Of a stretch of 46,961 nt of DNA, positions 12,371-25,102 are shown piece by piece. Position 1 is the stretch's first letter, and every line of letters begins with the position of its first letter. This DNA comes from Chiloscyllium plagiosum. Lineage: Eukaryota. A program made the translations under genes and the position numbers. The DNA lies in assembly GCF_004010195.1 (NCBI RefSeq), contig NC_057752.1:2313750-2360710 (forward strand), given 5' to 3'. A model generated the notes under the pieces. That model saw only the letters and a program-made list of their open reading frames with translations, was not told the DNA's origin and made no database searches.

Positions 12371-12992
12371 TGTTATGGACCAGGCCAGGTCCCCTCATAA
12401 CATTTCAAGAAAGTAGCCCAGACCCTAACTTTGCTTGTTGTTTTAAGCAGGAGGGCTGCAGTTGGTCAAATGTAGTTTTAAACAAAACAGAATTTTTTTT
12501 TACCAGATTACCAAATGAAACTCAAACAAAAGAGAACAGAAGACTGAATAACTTAACCTATCCGAAAACCCAACCAATCATCCCAACTTAATGATGCTGT
12601 TCCAAATTCCTGCAGCAATCCCCATAAACACCCCTTGGCATAAAAGGTAAAGTCAAACCCAGGGTCTTACAGGAGAGAGGTCAGAGAGAGAGGACCACCA
12701 TGCACCTGCTTCTTCAGGTCCAGCAGCTTTTTAAAACTGCCAGACTACTTTCAGTGAATAGCCAAACCAACCAGAGAAAAGCTGAGCTGGGAGAACTGGC
12801 CACTTCCCTTTCATTGACAGGTGTTTTTTTTTTTAACTTGAAAGCCTTCTGTCTGAGGTAGTTTCTGTTCGCTATAATCAAATTGGCCCTGAAACCCTTC
12901 AACTTCAACTTTTTGAGAGTTGTGTTTTTACAACCTCTCAGAATAAAAAGCCAAGGACAACATAGCCTTGTTAAAGGAGCAGCATCATCACA
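12371..12992 (-). repeat. 5' LTR of the Gmr1-like element
   Basis: TG...CA termini; homologous to 6165-6782. Confidence 0.92.
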
Positions 12993-13579
12993 GTGGGCTC
13001 TCTTATATGTGATGCCTCGATCACATTTCAGAAGTGCAGGAAATGGCAGTAGGGCCTGGCACTATTAAGGTGAAGCAGCCACTTGTGTGAGGTGGGCACT
13101 TTATCTGCTGCTGGTCCTGCCCACTGGTGAATATGTCAGGGCACAAACCAGTAGGATCTGAATCCATATCTTTAAAGTGTAAATGGTGTTTCCATTCATT
13201 TGTGTACATCCCAAGTTGCTGGTATGAACAAATCCACATTTTAAATTTAAAAATGCAGTTTTGCTGAAAAAGACTCAAAGCTTTCAACTTGCACTGATCC
13301 AGGACACTTGCTGGAATACAGGACTTTGACATTATGTCACTCATTTCTTAGCAATACTGAAGAACTGTACTTTTTTAGTGACTATAAACAAGATGAGGAA
13401 GATTCTGGAATAAAATGAAGATGCTGCCAGACCTGCTAAGTTTCTCCAGCAGTTTCTGTTTTTGTTTGTTTGAGGAAGAATCTAACATCTCCAAACTGAC
13501 TGTGACTCTGCACATTTCCCTCAAATGTGATCAAACAGCATTGAAGGCATTTGATAATCAACATCATAGACTACTAAAG

Positions 13580-15400
13580 GTGTGGTCCTCAAAGTAGCAG
13601 ATGCACTAGTGGTCATCTGTCAAGATTCTACAGACTCTGGAACAGTTTCTGTGGATTGCAGAGTAGTTAATGTAACCCCACTGTTTAAAAAAAGGTCAAG
13701 AGAAAACCAGGAATTATAGACCAGTTAGCTTGACATTGTTAGTGGGAATACTGCTGGAACCATTATAATAACCAATCACTTGGAAGATGGTGAGAGGATT
13801 GGACTGAATCAGCAAGGATTTACAAAGGGGAAGTTGTGCTTGACAGATTGACTGGAATTCTTTGAGGATGTAACTAGTAGAGTTGATAAGGGCAAGCAAG
13901 TGGATGTGGTTTACTTGGATTTTCAGAAGGCTTTCGATAAGGTTCCACTTAAGCGATTAGTGCGTAAAACTAGAGTGCATGAGACTGGGGGAAGTGTGCT
14001 GATATGAATAGAGAACTGGTTGGCAGTCAGGAATAACCACAACAGGAATGTCAGACAATGACTAATGGGCTACTGCAGGAATCAATGCTTGGTCCCCAGC
14101 TCTTCACAATGTATATTAGTGATTTAGATGAGGAAAGCAAATGTAATTTCTTCAAGTTTGCAGGCAACAAAAAGCTAGATGGGAGGGTGACCTGTGCGGA
14201 GGATGCAGAGATGCTTCAGTGTGACTTGGACAGGTCGAGTGAGTGGGCACCTGCATGGCGGATGCAATATAATGTGGATAAATGTGAAGATACCCACTTT
14301 GGGAGCAAAAAACAGGAAGGCTGCTTATTCTCTGAATGGGAAAGGGGAGGTGCAATAAGACCTGGGTGTCCTTGAACACCAAATGCAGAAAGGAGGCATT
14401 GCAGATACGGCAGGCAGTGAAGAAGGTAAATGGTGCAATGGCCTTCATAGTGAGAGGATTTGAGTACAGGAGCAGGGGTGTCTTGCTGCTATTGGACAGA
14501 GTGAGACCATACCCTGGGGTACTGTGTGCAGTTTTCATTCCTTACCTGAGGAATGATGTTCTGGCATGGGAGGGCAGCGAAGGGTTTACCAGACTGATTC
14601 CTGGGATGGCAGGACTGATGTCTGAAGAGAGACGGGATCGGTTAGGACAAGATTCACTGGAGTTTGGAAAAATGATGGGGGTGTGGAATCTCATAGAAAC
14701 CTGTACAATTCGAACAGGACGAGACAGGGTAAACACAGGAAGGATGTCCCTGATAACTGGGGAATTGAGAACCAGGGGGTGGGTCACAGTCTGAGGATAT
14801 CGGGTAGGCCATTTAGGACTGAGATGGGGAGAAATGTCTTCACCCAGAGAGTGGAATTCTCTGTCATGGAAAGCAGTTCAGGCCAACACATTATGGGTGG
14901 CACTGTGGTTCAGTGGTTGGCACTGTGGTTCAGTGGTTAGCACTGCTGCCTCACAGCACCAGGGACCCAGATTCAATTCCAGCCTCAGGCAACTGTCTGT
15001 GTGGAGATTGTACATTCTCCCCGTGTCTGCGTGGGTTTCCTCTGGGTGCTCCGGTTTCCTCCCACACTCCAAAGTTGTGCAGGTTAGGGTGAATTGGCCA
15101 CGCTAAATTGCCCCATTGTGTCTTGGATGTGTAGGTTAGGTGCATTAGTCAGAGGGTAGGGGAATAGGTCTGGGTGGGTTACTCTTCAGAGGGTCGGTGT
15201 GGACTGGTTGGGCCAAATGGCCTGTTGCCACACTGTAGGGATTCTATGATTGAAGACTCTCAAGAGAGATGGCAATACAATACTTGGGGCTGAAAGGATC
15301 TGCGATGGAAGTGGGAACAGGAGACGGGTTGGATGATCAGCCAGGATCATATTGAATAACAGAGCAGACTCGAAAGGCCTACACCTGCTTCCATGTTTCC
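13580..15400 (+). mobile_element. CR1 LINE ORF2 fragment interrupted near its 3' end by an HE1 SINE
   Basis: NVTPLFKK..NYRPVSLT, DVVYLDFQKAFDKVP, LGPQLFTMYISDLD; 3' UTR resumes at ~15252. Confidence 0.9.
14895..15251 (+). mobile_element. HE1-type V-SINE
   Basis: tRNA head, V-domain (cattctccccgtgtctgcgtgggtttcc...ccggtttcctcccac), CR1-like tail. Confidence 0.92.
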
Positions 15401-16149
15401 ATATAAAACAGGGTAATGTCTGTGTCTGTAGCTATGAGCCATGGCTTGGAGGAGCCTTTTGTACAGATGGTGCCTGTATTACAACTAACCTAGCCTTTAC
15501 TGGCTGTGCAGTCACGATTTTGAGTGATCCCAGTTTGGATAAAGAGAGGAAACTTCGATTCTCTGAATCTGCACCGTACATTGTTCGATTTGGATTGGCC
15601 ACAGGATTGGTGCCGTAAGAAATGGAAGCTGTGACACAGGTACACTGGTCGATTCTTAAGGGCAAAAGCGTGAGAATTGGATTCCAGTGGCTCATGTCAA
15701 AAGCCAGAGCTAGGCATTGGAACAGGCCAAATATCTTCTGCACGTTTGTAATTTCTATGATTGTAGTGTGCGTTCAACTATCATTGTGTGGGTAAATATG
15801 CCATCAAAAGGAGCCAACAAGATACAACATAACAATTATGTTGTCTTTTTCGAAATCTGCCACATACATATTTGTAAAGGTGATGCTTCTCTACTGGTGA
15901 AGGAGAAAACTGTCAACATTTTGAAGGCGAGCTTGGTTTTGTGCCATGCAGACGTTGAATGTGATCTCCTGGGTACTGTGAGGGAGTGATTTTTATCGGA
16001 GCCGTTCTCCTCCTGCCCATAACACTTAGGAAACCATTTGTTTTCATTAAATAAAAAGATGTCCTTCACTCACATGTTTGGAAGCATGGTCAAATGAAGG
16101 TTTTTTTTAATTTGTGAAATTATTATTTTGGATCCAGATGCTGAAATAT

Positions 16150-16395
16150 ACTCTGTTGCAAGTTCCCCTCCAAGTCACTCCCCATCCTGACTTAGAAATA
16201 TATCACTGTTCCTTTAGTGTCACTGGGTCAAAATCCTGGAATTCCCTCCTTCAGGGCATTGTGGGTCTACCTACAGCACATGGACTGCAGCGGTTCAAGA
16301 AGACAGCTCACCCCCACCTTCTCAAGGGGCAACTAGGGACGAGCAGTAAATACTGGTTTTAGTCAGCAGTGCCCACATTCCAATGAATGAATAAA
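16150..16395 (+). mobile_element. 3' tail of the second CR1-group LINE family
   Basis: QVPLQVTPHPDLEIYHCSFSVTGSKSWNSL; same family as 4365-5480. Confidence 0.85.
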
Positions 16396-16551
16396 GCAAA
16401 ACTATACCATTACTCTTGCAAAATAGTCCTCGCTAACCTTTATAGAGTTCAAATCAACAGGCTTTTTGTGTCTGTTATCAATCCAATCCAGTTTCCAATT
16501 CAGGTTTTGATAGCTATGTGTCCCTGAAAGGACTTGCTTAGGAAAGGAAAT

Positions 16552-16765
16552 AACTTGCATTTATGCAGCACCTTGGATATCCTGAGGATTTGCCAAAGTG
16601 CTTTCCAGCAAATGTAGTCACCGCTGTAATGGAGCCGGTGCTGATTTCTGTACTGGAAGCTTCCACACAGCAGCAGAGGGAGAATGACTGGGTCACCTAG
16701 GTGTTGGTTGAGGGATAAATATTGACTGGGACACCAGGGAGAATGCTCCTATTCTTCTGGGAGTC
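16552..16765 (-). mobile_element. Deu-domain SINE (SacSINE1/AmnSINE-like) 3' part
   Basis: Minus strand reads tctccctggtgtcccagtcaatatttatccctcaaccaacacc...ataaatgcaagt, resembling the DeuSINE consensus as I recall it. Confidence 0.7.
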
Positions 16766-16870
16766 TTGGTCAAAAAGGAAAAGTCGGTTTTCAAGCATCT
16801 CCAAGAACCCCTTGATGTCTTGTGCAGTGTTAATTCCTGATGAAGGCACAGGACATTTACATAGCAGTAG

Positions 16871-16999
16871 GTGGTGGGGACTGCAAATGCTGGAGATTAG
16901 AGTCAAGATTAGAGTGGTGCTGGAAAAGCACAGCAGGTCACGCAGCATCCGAGGAGCAGGAGAATCGACGTTTTGGGCCTAAGCCCTTCATCAGGAATG
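16871..16999 (-). mobile_element. Single-arm PLE family A element with a mutated hammerhead
   Basis: CTGATGAAGGGCTTAGGCCCAAAACGTC (G12 changed to A); TSD tagcagtag at 16862-16870 and 17000-17008. Confidence 0.8.
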
Positions 17000-17462
17000 T
17001 AGCAGTAGTCAGCACATTTCAAAAATAAACTTCTGTACAAAGGATATTGAGACATTTCATCTCGTAATCCTAAATGTGAAGGGTTGGTGGGAGCAGATTC
17101 GATGGGAACTTTGATAAGCGAATTCAATAAATACTGAAAGGGCAAACTCATACAGAATCTGGAGGGGGAAGAACAAACTGGATCACTCTTTCAAAGCCTT
17201 AACGTGAGCATAATTGGTCAAGTAGCCTCCTGAAAGTCATGCTGCGATACACTTCTGAAGGGGGTGGGTCTTAAACCCAGGATTCCTGGCCCAGAGGTAC
17301 CACTGTGCCACAACCACCCTCATGCATGCTGTCAGTTTCTGAGAAAAGAATCATCCCCCCAAAAAACGGCAAATGTTTCTAAATCTGCGGTGACAGTGTT
17401 TGTAATAGAAGCAAAATCTAGCTCATCAGGATCTGTAACCCCAACAAATATTTGTTAGCAGC

Positions 17463-17476
17463 GTTGTCATAGCAAC
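17463..17476. promoter_or_regulatory. RFX X-box-like motif
   Basis: GTTGTCATAGCAAC in sequence not recognised as a repeat. Confidence 0.35.
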
Positions 17477-17809
17477 AAAAAAAAGAATGCTCCTTAGCTG
17501 GGCCTTAATTGTGTAGGAACAGGTGGGGCCATTTTTCCACCAGTTCCCCTCAATGAATCATTCAATATTCTTGCAACTCATCACTTTTTTTGTAAACGTT
17601 GCAAAATGCCAACTGCAGGGCATGTGGCAAATTTGGCCTCGTTCCAAATGCTGAATCAGTAGCACAGGAATGATCAAGTTATTTTTCTAGAGCAACCAAT
17701 TAATCTCTCCTCATGACCATTGTTTACCCGTCCCTGGGGCCATTGCAGCCTGGGATTTCAGTACAATTGAGGTCAGCAGCAGTCAGGGGGAAAACTCCAC
17801 TGGCCGCAA

Positions 17810-18385
17810 TCACATCCAAGGCAAAGGTTGTGGTTGGAGATTATCAGTCATCTCAATTACAGGAAATTATTACAAGGGTCCTCACAGAAGTAAAGCAGGC
17901 CCAACAATTTTCCACTGCTTTATCAATGACCTCCCTCAACTCAGCCACCCTCATCCACAACACTCAAGAAGCTTGACACCATCTCAGACAAAGCTGCCCA
18001 CTTGATTGGCACCACTTTAACATTCATTTGTCTAAGGCTCCACACCACTGCACAGTAGCAGCAGTGTGTACTTTCTACAAGGTGTACTGCAGCGACTCAG
18101 CAAGACTCCATTGACAGCATCATTCAAACCTCGAGCACCCAAGATACTTGGGAACACCACCCCCTGCCAGTTCCCCTCCAAGCCACTCACCATCCTGATT
18201 TGGAAATACATCACCGTTCCCTCAGTGTCGCTGGGTTACAATCCTGGAATTCCCTCCCTAAGGGCATTGTGGGTCTACCTGCAGCACACAGGCTGCAGCG
18301 GTTCAAGAAGGCAGCTCCCCCCCACCTTCTCAAGGGGCAACGAGGGATATGTATTAAATACCTTTCCAGGGATGCCCACATTGCT
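17810..18385 (+). mobile_element. Internally deleted copy of the second CR1-group LINE family
   Basis: SWNSLPKGIVGLPAAHRLQRFKKAAPPHLLKGQ. Confidence 0.8.
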
Positions 18386-19999
18386 CTCCATGGCTTTATA
18401 TCCTTTTGTAATGTGGTGTCTGGTGATCATTCTAGTGAATAGTGAAGTTGGTAAAGTAAAGACTGCTGGATACTGTGGGTTAAACTCTCAGTGGCTCTGA
18501 CCGTGATCATGTTCAAATATTTAATGCATATGTCTGAAATTGCTGTGTCCACTCTTTTGAGCAGAGTTCACTCGCAATGTAAGTAGTTCAACAACACAGC
18601 AAAAACAGCAGAGAGGAGAAGGGTTGATAAATATATTCAGCTATTCATATGTTAGTGTCCCAAGGCATTGATTCAGGACTGCAGGCAAGCCATTACTGAA
18701 TGTTCAGTCCAATGAAGCAGTGAGGTGAAGAGTCAGTATGCTCCAAACTATGTTCAGCTGAGGATGGAAAAACCATGCAGGAAAAGCACGCAGGTTTGCT
18801 GAAGCGTTAGGTAGCACACACCTGGATAATCTGAGAAACGTGCGTCAGCAAAGGAAGGTGTTGGAGAAGCTGATAGTTTTGAAAGTGTTAATGTTGAACT
18901 ATCTTGCGCTCCAACCAATGTGATAATGTCGCACACTCTTTGGGTGGAGATGGGAGTTCTATACTTGTCTTCATAGGGAGCATATCTATACTGTACCGCT
19001 TCTAAGGGTTCTTTGCAAAAATTCTTCTTCAGCAATGTAAACTACCACCATACAATAGACTATCTTGTTAATAAGACAAGTGCCTCTTCTGTTCAGACTC
19101 CCCAGAGGTCTGTCCTTTACCACTGATAATTAGACAGGTCCTAAAGGGAGTATAGACAAAGAAGGATTAGTGGCAGCTGTGGTTCCCTGTGCCCTGGCAG
19201 AGGTGGCAGATGCCATGAAATGGCAGCATTCAAAACACAGCAACTAGGAAGCAGGAGCCAGTGTGTCTTCCATGTTGATTAATTCACAATGTGCCGTGCA
19301 GTACTGGTTACTTTTCCTTTCCATAGACCAGCGCCTGCCTGGTGGGAACTGCCTGTTGAATTACGTGCCTTAATCTTTCTGCATGTAATACCATCTGCTG
19401 TAATTACAGCGGGAGCATGGGTTCCCTTCAATGGCAGTGGGCCCTATTGGGGCTCATTCGACCCAACTATCTTCTGTGGTTATGACCACGCATGGCTATC
19501 CTTGAAGAGGAGGCACATGGTATCTGCTGGCACACTTTTGTGACCAATGGGGGTCACAGTAGCTGGAGTGTGTTGTTATCCCCATTCATGTCATTTTAAT
19601 TTACATTCCCAAAGTTTCTTTTGGAATTCTGATTTGATTTGCAGCAGCCTTTTAAGGGGCTGTCTTGTTTTCCTTTTTTTTATTTGATCTAATTTGGGTT
19701 TTCCCCCAAAGGAGTACCTACTCCATTGGCATTGCTTTTGCATGAGAATGGGGCTCAAACATTGGATCAAGTGATCAAAGTTTCCGCTGGAAGGAACTTT
19801 CTGAAAGTCAGTCTCTGACCATTTCTGAGTCAGAAAGCACCCTCTCTGAGAGAGGCAGTGGCATCCCTGCACCCATTTGGCATTGCCAGCTGCCACACTG
19901 GTCCACTGCCATGGGTTGTTCTGTGGGGTGTTTCATCAGGGTGGGGAAGGCATGGTAGCTACCCAATCACCAGACAAGTGGGCCAATTATCTGTTAAAT

Positions 20000-20787
20000 T
20001 GCAGAAGTGGCACTAGGAATAGTGGATGCATTGGTGATCATCCTTCAAGATTCTTTAAACTCTGGAACAGTTCCTATAGATTGGAGGGTAGCTAATGTAA
20101 CTCCTCTATTTAAAAAGGGAGGGAAAGAGAAAACAGGGAATTATAGACAAATGAGTTTGACATCGATTTGCAGGAAGATCCTACAGTCCATTATCAAGGA
20201 TTTTAATGGCAGACTACTTAGAAAGCAGTGGCAGAATCCAACACAGTCAGCATGGATTAACAAAAGGCTTGACCAATCTCCCAGAATTCTTCGAGGATGT
20301 AATGAGTAGAGTTGATCAGAGGGAATCAGTAGATGTGGTTTACTTGGACTTTCAAAAGGCTTTCAACAAAGTCCCACATAAGAGATTAATGTGCAAAATT
20401 AAAGCATATAGGATTCAGGATAGTGTATTGAGATGGAGAGAGAATTGGTTAGCAGATGGAAACAAAGAGTCAGAATAACTGGATCTTTTTCCGAATGGCA
20501 GGAGTGACTGCTGGGGTACCACAGGGATTGGGACAAAGACCCTAGCCATTCACAATATATTTTAATGATATAGATGAGCGAATTAAATGTAATATCTCAA
20601 TGTTTGCAAATAACATGAAACTGAGTGGGAGGATGAGCTGTGTGGAGGATGCAGATAGACTTCAGTGTGATTTGGACAAGTTGAGTGAGTAGGCAAGTGT
20701 ATGGCAGGTGCAGTGTAATGTGGATAAATGTGAGGTTATCCACTCTGGTTACAAAACTCAGAAGATAGATTTAATTTGAATAGCTGT
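20000..20787 (+). mobile_element. CR1 LINE ORF2 fragment
   Basis: DWRVANVTPLFKKG..NYRQMSLT; VDVVYLDFQKAFNKVPH. Confidence 0.9.
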
Positions 20788-21396
20788 TGTTATGGATCAA
20801 GCCAAACCCTCAAGGAGATAGCCTCGATTCTAACGTTTTCTCATTTTAAAGGTAAGCGTCAGGTGTTGAGTTCCGGATACAATTCGATTGGTTAAACTAT
20901 CAAGCTTGAAGCAAAACACACTTTATTCATACATTATGGTTAAAATACAGACAGAATAAGAATAAAAGAAATGAATTGGCTTAGCTGTAACTCTATCAAA
21001 ATGCTTAACAAAATAATAAACTACTTATTAACTGTTCCAATAGAGTAACATCCTATAAAAACGCCCTATGCAAAGGTAAATTCAGTAAAACAGATTGTCT
21101 CACATGCAACTCTAGCAGCAGGAACCCCTGCTTTTAGAGAGAAGAATGATAGCTTCCACATCCAGCTTCAAGACCTCAGTAACATCTGAAAGTGAAACTG
21201 AAACCCTGACTCTCCAGGTGCTTGACCCCACCCATTCAGGCTGCTTCTATTGTTCCAGTTTTTAGAAAAACCCCAAGGTGTCACAAGCTGTTTACTCTAT
21301 TGGATTTGAGCAGATTGCCTGGTGCCTCTATTTCAATCTTTCTTCAGAACAAAGAAAAGGGTAAAGTCTCTTATCTCTTATCACCAGAGTATTATA
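20788..21396 (-). mobile_element. Solo LTR related to the Gmr1-like LTRs
   Basis: Starts tgttatgga; shares blocks such as ctgttccaa and caaaggtaaa; TSD CTGT at 20784-20787 and 21397-21400; host CR1 rejoins as gaatagctgt|aaattg. Confidence 0.8.
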
Positions 21397-21532
21397 CTGT
21401 AAATTGTGCTAACACCTTGAAAATCCTTTAGCAGGCATCTCCAGCTGAAGGTACCTCCAGTTTGCCTCTCCCAGATGGCAGCCAGTCTTCTGGTGTAGAT
21501 TGTCTGGTGATAGGAGACAGCAGTCTGCTGGT

Positions 21533-22750
21533 AATAGAACATAGAACATTCTAAGCAGTACAGGCCCTTTGGCCCTCGATGTTGTGCTGACCTGTGGAAC
21601 CAATCTGAAGCCTATCTAACCGACACTATTCTATTCTCATCCTTATGCCTATCCAATGACCATTTAAATGCCCGTAAAGTTGGCGAGTCTACTACTGTTG
21701 CAGGCAGTGCATTCCATGCCCATTCCATTCCTCTGAGTGAGGAAACTACCTCTGACATCTGTCCCATATCTGTCACCTCTCAATTTAAAGCTACGTCCCC
21801 TCGTGCTAGCTATCACCATCCGAGGAAAAAGGCTCTCCCTGTCCACCCTATCTAATCCTCTGATTATCTTATATGTCTCTATTAAGTCACCTCTCAACCT
21901 TCTTCTCTCTAACGAAAACAGCCACAAGTCCTTCAACCTTTCCTCATAAGACCTTCCCTCCATACCAGGCAACATCTTAGTAAATCTCCTCTGCACCCTT
22001 TCAAAAGCTTCCACATCCTTCCTATAATGCGGAGACCAGAACTGTACACAATACTCCAAGTGTGGCCGTACCAGAGTTTTGTACAGCTGCAGCATAACCT
22101 TGTGGCTCCAAAACTCAATCCCTCTACCAATAAAAGCTAACACACTGTATGCCTTCTTAACAACCCTATCAACCTGGGCGGCAACTTTCAGGGATCTATG
22201 TACCTGGACACCGAGATCTCTCTGTTCATCTACACTACCAAGAATCTTACCATTAGCCCAGTACTCTGCATTCTTGTTACTCCTTCCAAAGTGAATCACC
22301 TCACACTTTTCCACATTAAACACCAGTTGCCACCTCTCAGCCCAGCTGTGTAGCTTATTTATGTCCCTCTGTAACCAGCAACATTCTTCAGCACTATCCA
22401 CAACTCCACCAACCTTAGTGTCATCCGCAAATTTACTAACCCATCCTTCTACACTCTCATCTAGGTCATTTATAAAAATGACAAACAGCAGTGGCCCCAA
22501 AACACATCCTTGAGGTACACCACTAGTAACTGAACTCCCGGATGAACATTTCCCATCAATCACCACCCTCTGTCTTCTTTCAGCTCATCAATTTCTGATC
22601 CAAACCACTAAATCACCCTCAATCCCATGCCTCCATATTCTGTGCAATAGCCTACCATAGGGAACCTTATCAAACACCTTACTGAAATCCATATACATCA
22701 CATCAACCGCTTTACCCTCATCCACCTGGTTGTTCACCATCTCAAAGAAA
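21533..22750 (-). mobile_element. Young 5'-truncated CR1 LINE with a 300-aa uninterrupted RT segment (21664-22566)
   Basis: SGVPQGCVLGPLLFVIFINDLD..SKFADDTK..; (atagaac) repeat tail. Confidence 0.96.
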
Positions 22751-22754
22751 TGTA

Positions 22755-23080
22755 CTGGATAATGTAATAATCCAGAGGCCTAGGCAAATGTTGTGGGGAC
22801 ATGGGTTCAAATCCCATCAAGGTGGCCGGTGGAATTTAAATGCAATGAATAAATCTGGAATTAAAAGTTAGCCTCAGTCATGATTGCCATGAGAACATCA
22901 TCTATTGTTGGAAAAGCCCATCTGGTTCACCAATGTCTTTTAGGGAAGGAGATCTTCCCTTCTTATCCAGTCTGGTCTCTATGTGATTCCAGACCCATAG
23001 CAATGTGCTTGACTTTTAACCACCCTCTGAAATGGCCTCACAAGACCAGGGACAATTCGAGATGATATTTACATCCCCTG
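22755..23080 (+). mobile_element. tRNA-derived SINE (same family as 2100-2390)
   Basis: gggttcaaatccc B-box; cccatctggttcac..tttagggaaggag..ccagacccatagcaatg. Confidence 0.8.
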
Positions 23081-23482
23081 AAAGATTTTATTTCGACCGA
23101 CAGCTTCCAACTGGCCCTGCAGCCTCCACCAGTGAATTTATTTGGATTCATTAATTGGATGGCACTGCCTTCACAATCTTTGTCTGGGTCATGCTGCTGG
23201 CCACTTGTGAGCTTCTGACCCACATTTTATCTGGGCAGCGCAATTGGCTGCCCAGAGTATGTCAGGTTGGACTCTCCTATGGCCCGATCAGTGCTTGGCA
23301 ACAGAATGAGAGGGTAAGTAAATATTTGATTCAGTCTCTGGAGAGCAAGGCTGGCATTGTGGCTTTCTAAGGTGCTTCCAAGGGCAGTTAACCATTAACC
23401 ATCTTGGCATGAGACTGGAGGTCAAATTGATTAAATCCATGAAAGGACAGCATATCTCCTTCTTCAAATTACATTCGGTAAC

Positions 23483-23817
23483 TGTGTCTGTGTGTGTGAG
23501 AGTGTGTGCGTATGTGTGCATGTCTGTCTGTGTGTGCGCGCGTGAGAGAGTGTGTGTATCTGTGAGAGTCTGTGCGTGTGTGTATGTGTGGGTGTGCGGT
23601 TGTGTGCATCTGTGAGAGTGTGTGTGTGTCTGTGCATGTCTGTGTCTGTCTATGTGTGTGTGGGTGTGTGCGTGTCTGTACGTCTGTGTGTGTGTCTGTG
23701 TGAGAGTGAGTGTGTGGGTGGATGGGTGGGAGAGTGTATGTGAGAGTGTGTGCGTGTGTGTGTGTCTGTGTGAGAGAGAGAGAGTGAGTGTGTGTGTGTG
23801 GGTTAGTGGATGTGTGT
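23483..23817 (+). repeat. Degenerate (TG)n/(GA)n microsatellite
   Basis: Directly visible. Confidence 0.97.
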
Positions 23818-25074
23818 TTAAGAATAATCCAACAGTGTCATGGGTTTGATAACTGATACTCAGTTTCCATTTCCCACTTTGTCGAAGATGGAATGCCCAA
23901 GCTGCCAGGATGGAACTGGCATCCCTCTTTCTCTGGGTTATTTCTGGATGACTGGTCCAGGGCAACCACGATGCTGTCAAAAATGCGTTACGAAATGCAA
24001 TTAAATATTTACCAATTCACCCAAGGTTTTGGAGAAGCTTCTGCATTATCAACAGTGACTTGACGATGCTCTGTCTGCAATGTGTGCTTCAGTTGAAACC
24101 TGCTTAAAATGACTGCAGACAACTGCAGAGGCTGGAGGATTTAAGATAGGGAGTGGCCGAGAAATAGAGGCAGGTTAATCACTTCTTCCAAATCCCAAAG
24201 AGAAAATTTCAACACAGTTTTGAGAAAGGAAAATCTGTCCGATTTGTCCCTGTCCTTTCCCCAAAGTGCTGACTTCTTCCTGGACTGTAGTTCACTCAAG
24301 CCCTGAAGGTGAACATTGACTCATTGTCATCAAGGCGGGACTGTGTATCCTTTCCCTAACACAGGGGCTGGGGCAAAATCCAATTGGACCGTGTCCATGG
24401 TTGACGTGACAGCAAATCTGAGACCGTCCTTGACCGTATGTTTTCAAATAAAAGTTGATAAAGTTAGTGATTACAATGGTAAAAAGAGTTATGGGGATAG
24501 TCTGGATAATAGACGTTAATGTATTTGCTCCGCCATGATCATTTTAAATAGTGAAGCAGGCTTGATGGGCCGAATGGCCTTCTTCTGTTCCTATGTACGT
24601 CTTTATACAAAAATGCCCCCTGCAATTCTCAACTGGGCCATTCGGAATCACCTCACTTCCAAAATATACTTGTTTGACATAAGGTTCTGACTAAAAACAT
24701 GAACATTTGCTGCCATTTTACTTATCATTCCAGTCTATTCTTGACTTTTCTGACCTTGTTTGCCTGAGAAAATTTGACTTCATGCCTTGGAGCAAGATGG
24801 CTGTGAAGAAACATCCTTGAAACCCCCACTATCAATATCGAGGTAATTACCATTGACCAGAAACTGAACAAGACTAGCCATATAAATACTATGGCTACAA
24901 CAGCAGGTCAGAGGCTAGGAATCCTGCAGCAAGTAACTCACCTCCTGACTCCCCAAAGCCTGTCCATCATTAACAAGATAAAAACAATGACTGCAGATGC
25001 TGGAAACCAGATTCTGGATCAGTGGTGCTGGAAGAGCACAGCAATTCAGGCAGCATCCGAGGACAGGCAAAATC

Positions 25075-25102
25075 GACGTTTCGGGCAAAAGCCCTTCATC
25101 AG
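25075..25102 (-). ncRNA. Minimal type I hammerhead ribozyme motif (intact core)
   Basis: CUGAUGA-A-GGGC-UUUU-GCCC-GAAA-CG-UC. Confidence 0.75.

Larger units (their letters stand above)
6165..12992 (-). mobile_element. Full-length decayed Gmr1-like Ty3/gypsy LTR retrotransposon
   Basis: Two ~620-bp LTRs; TSD GTGG at 6161-6164 and 12993-12996; gag-PR-INT-RT-RNaseH order on the minus strand; PBS and PPT present. Confidence 0.93.

Noticed and set aside
18754..19140. Possible minus-strand exon (..FSDYPG, CAG/GTGTGT donor)
   Set aside because: No open frame connects to the upstream acceptor, the peptide is unrecognised, and part of the plus strand resembles CR1 (KVLEKLIVLK)
19470..19530. Harbinger-like GYPLKR motif
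   Set aside because: Needs a frameshift and has no other transposase motifs or TIRs
21664..22566. 300-aa RT ORF as a host gene or active element
   Set aside because: 5'-truncated CR1 with no endonuclease or ORF1; openness is explained by young age
23288..23980. 230-aa His/Thr-rich ORF and overlapping Cys/Val-rich ORFs
   Set aside because: Translation artefacts of the (TG)n microsatellite
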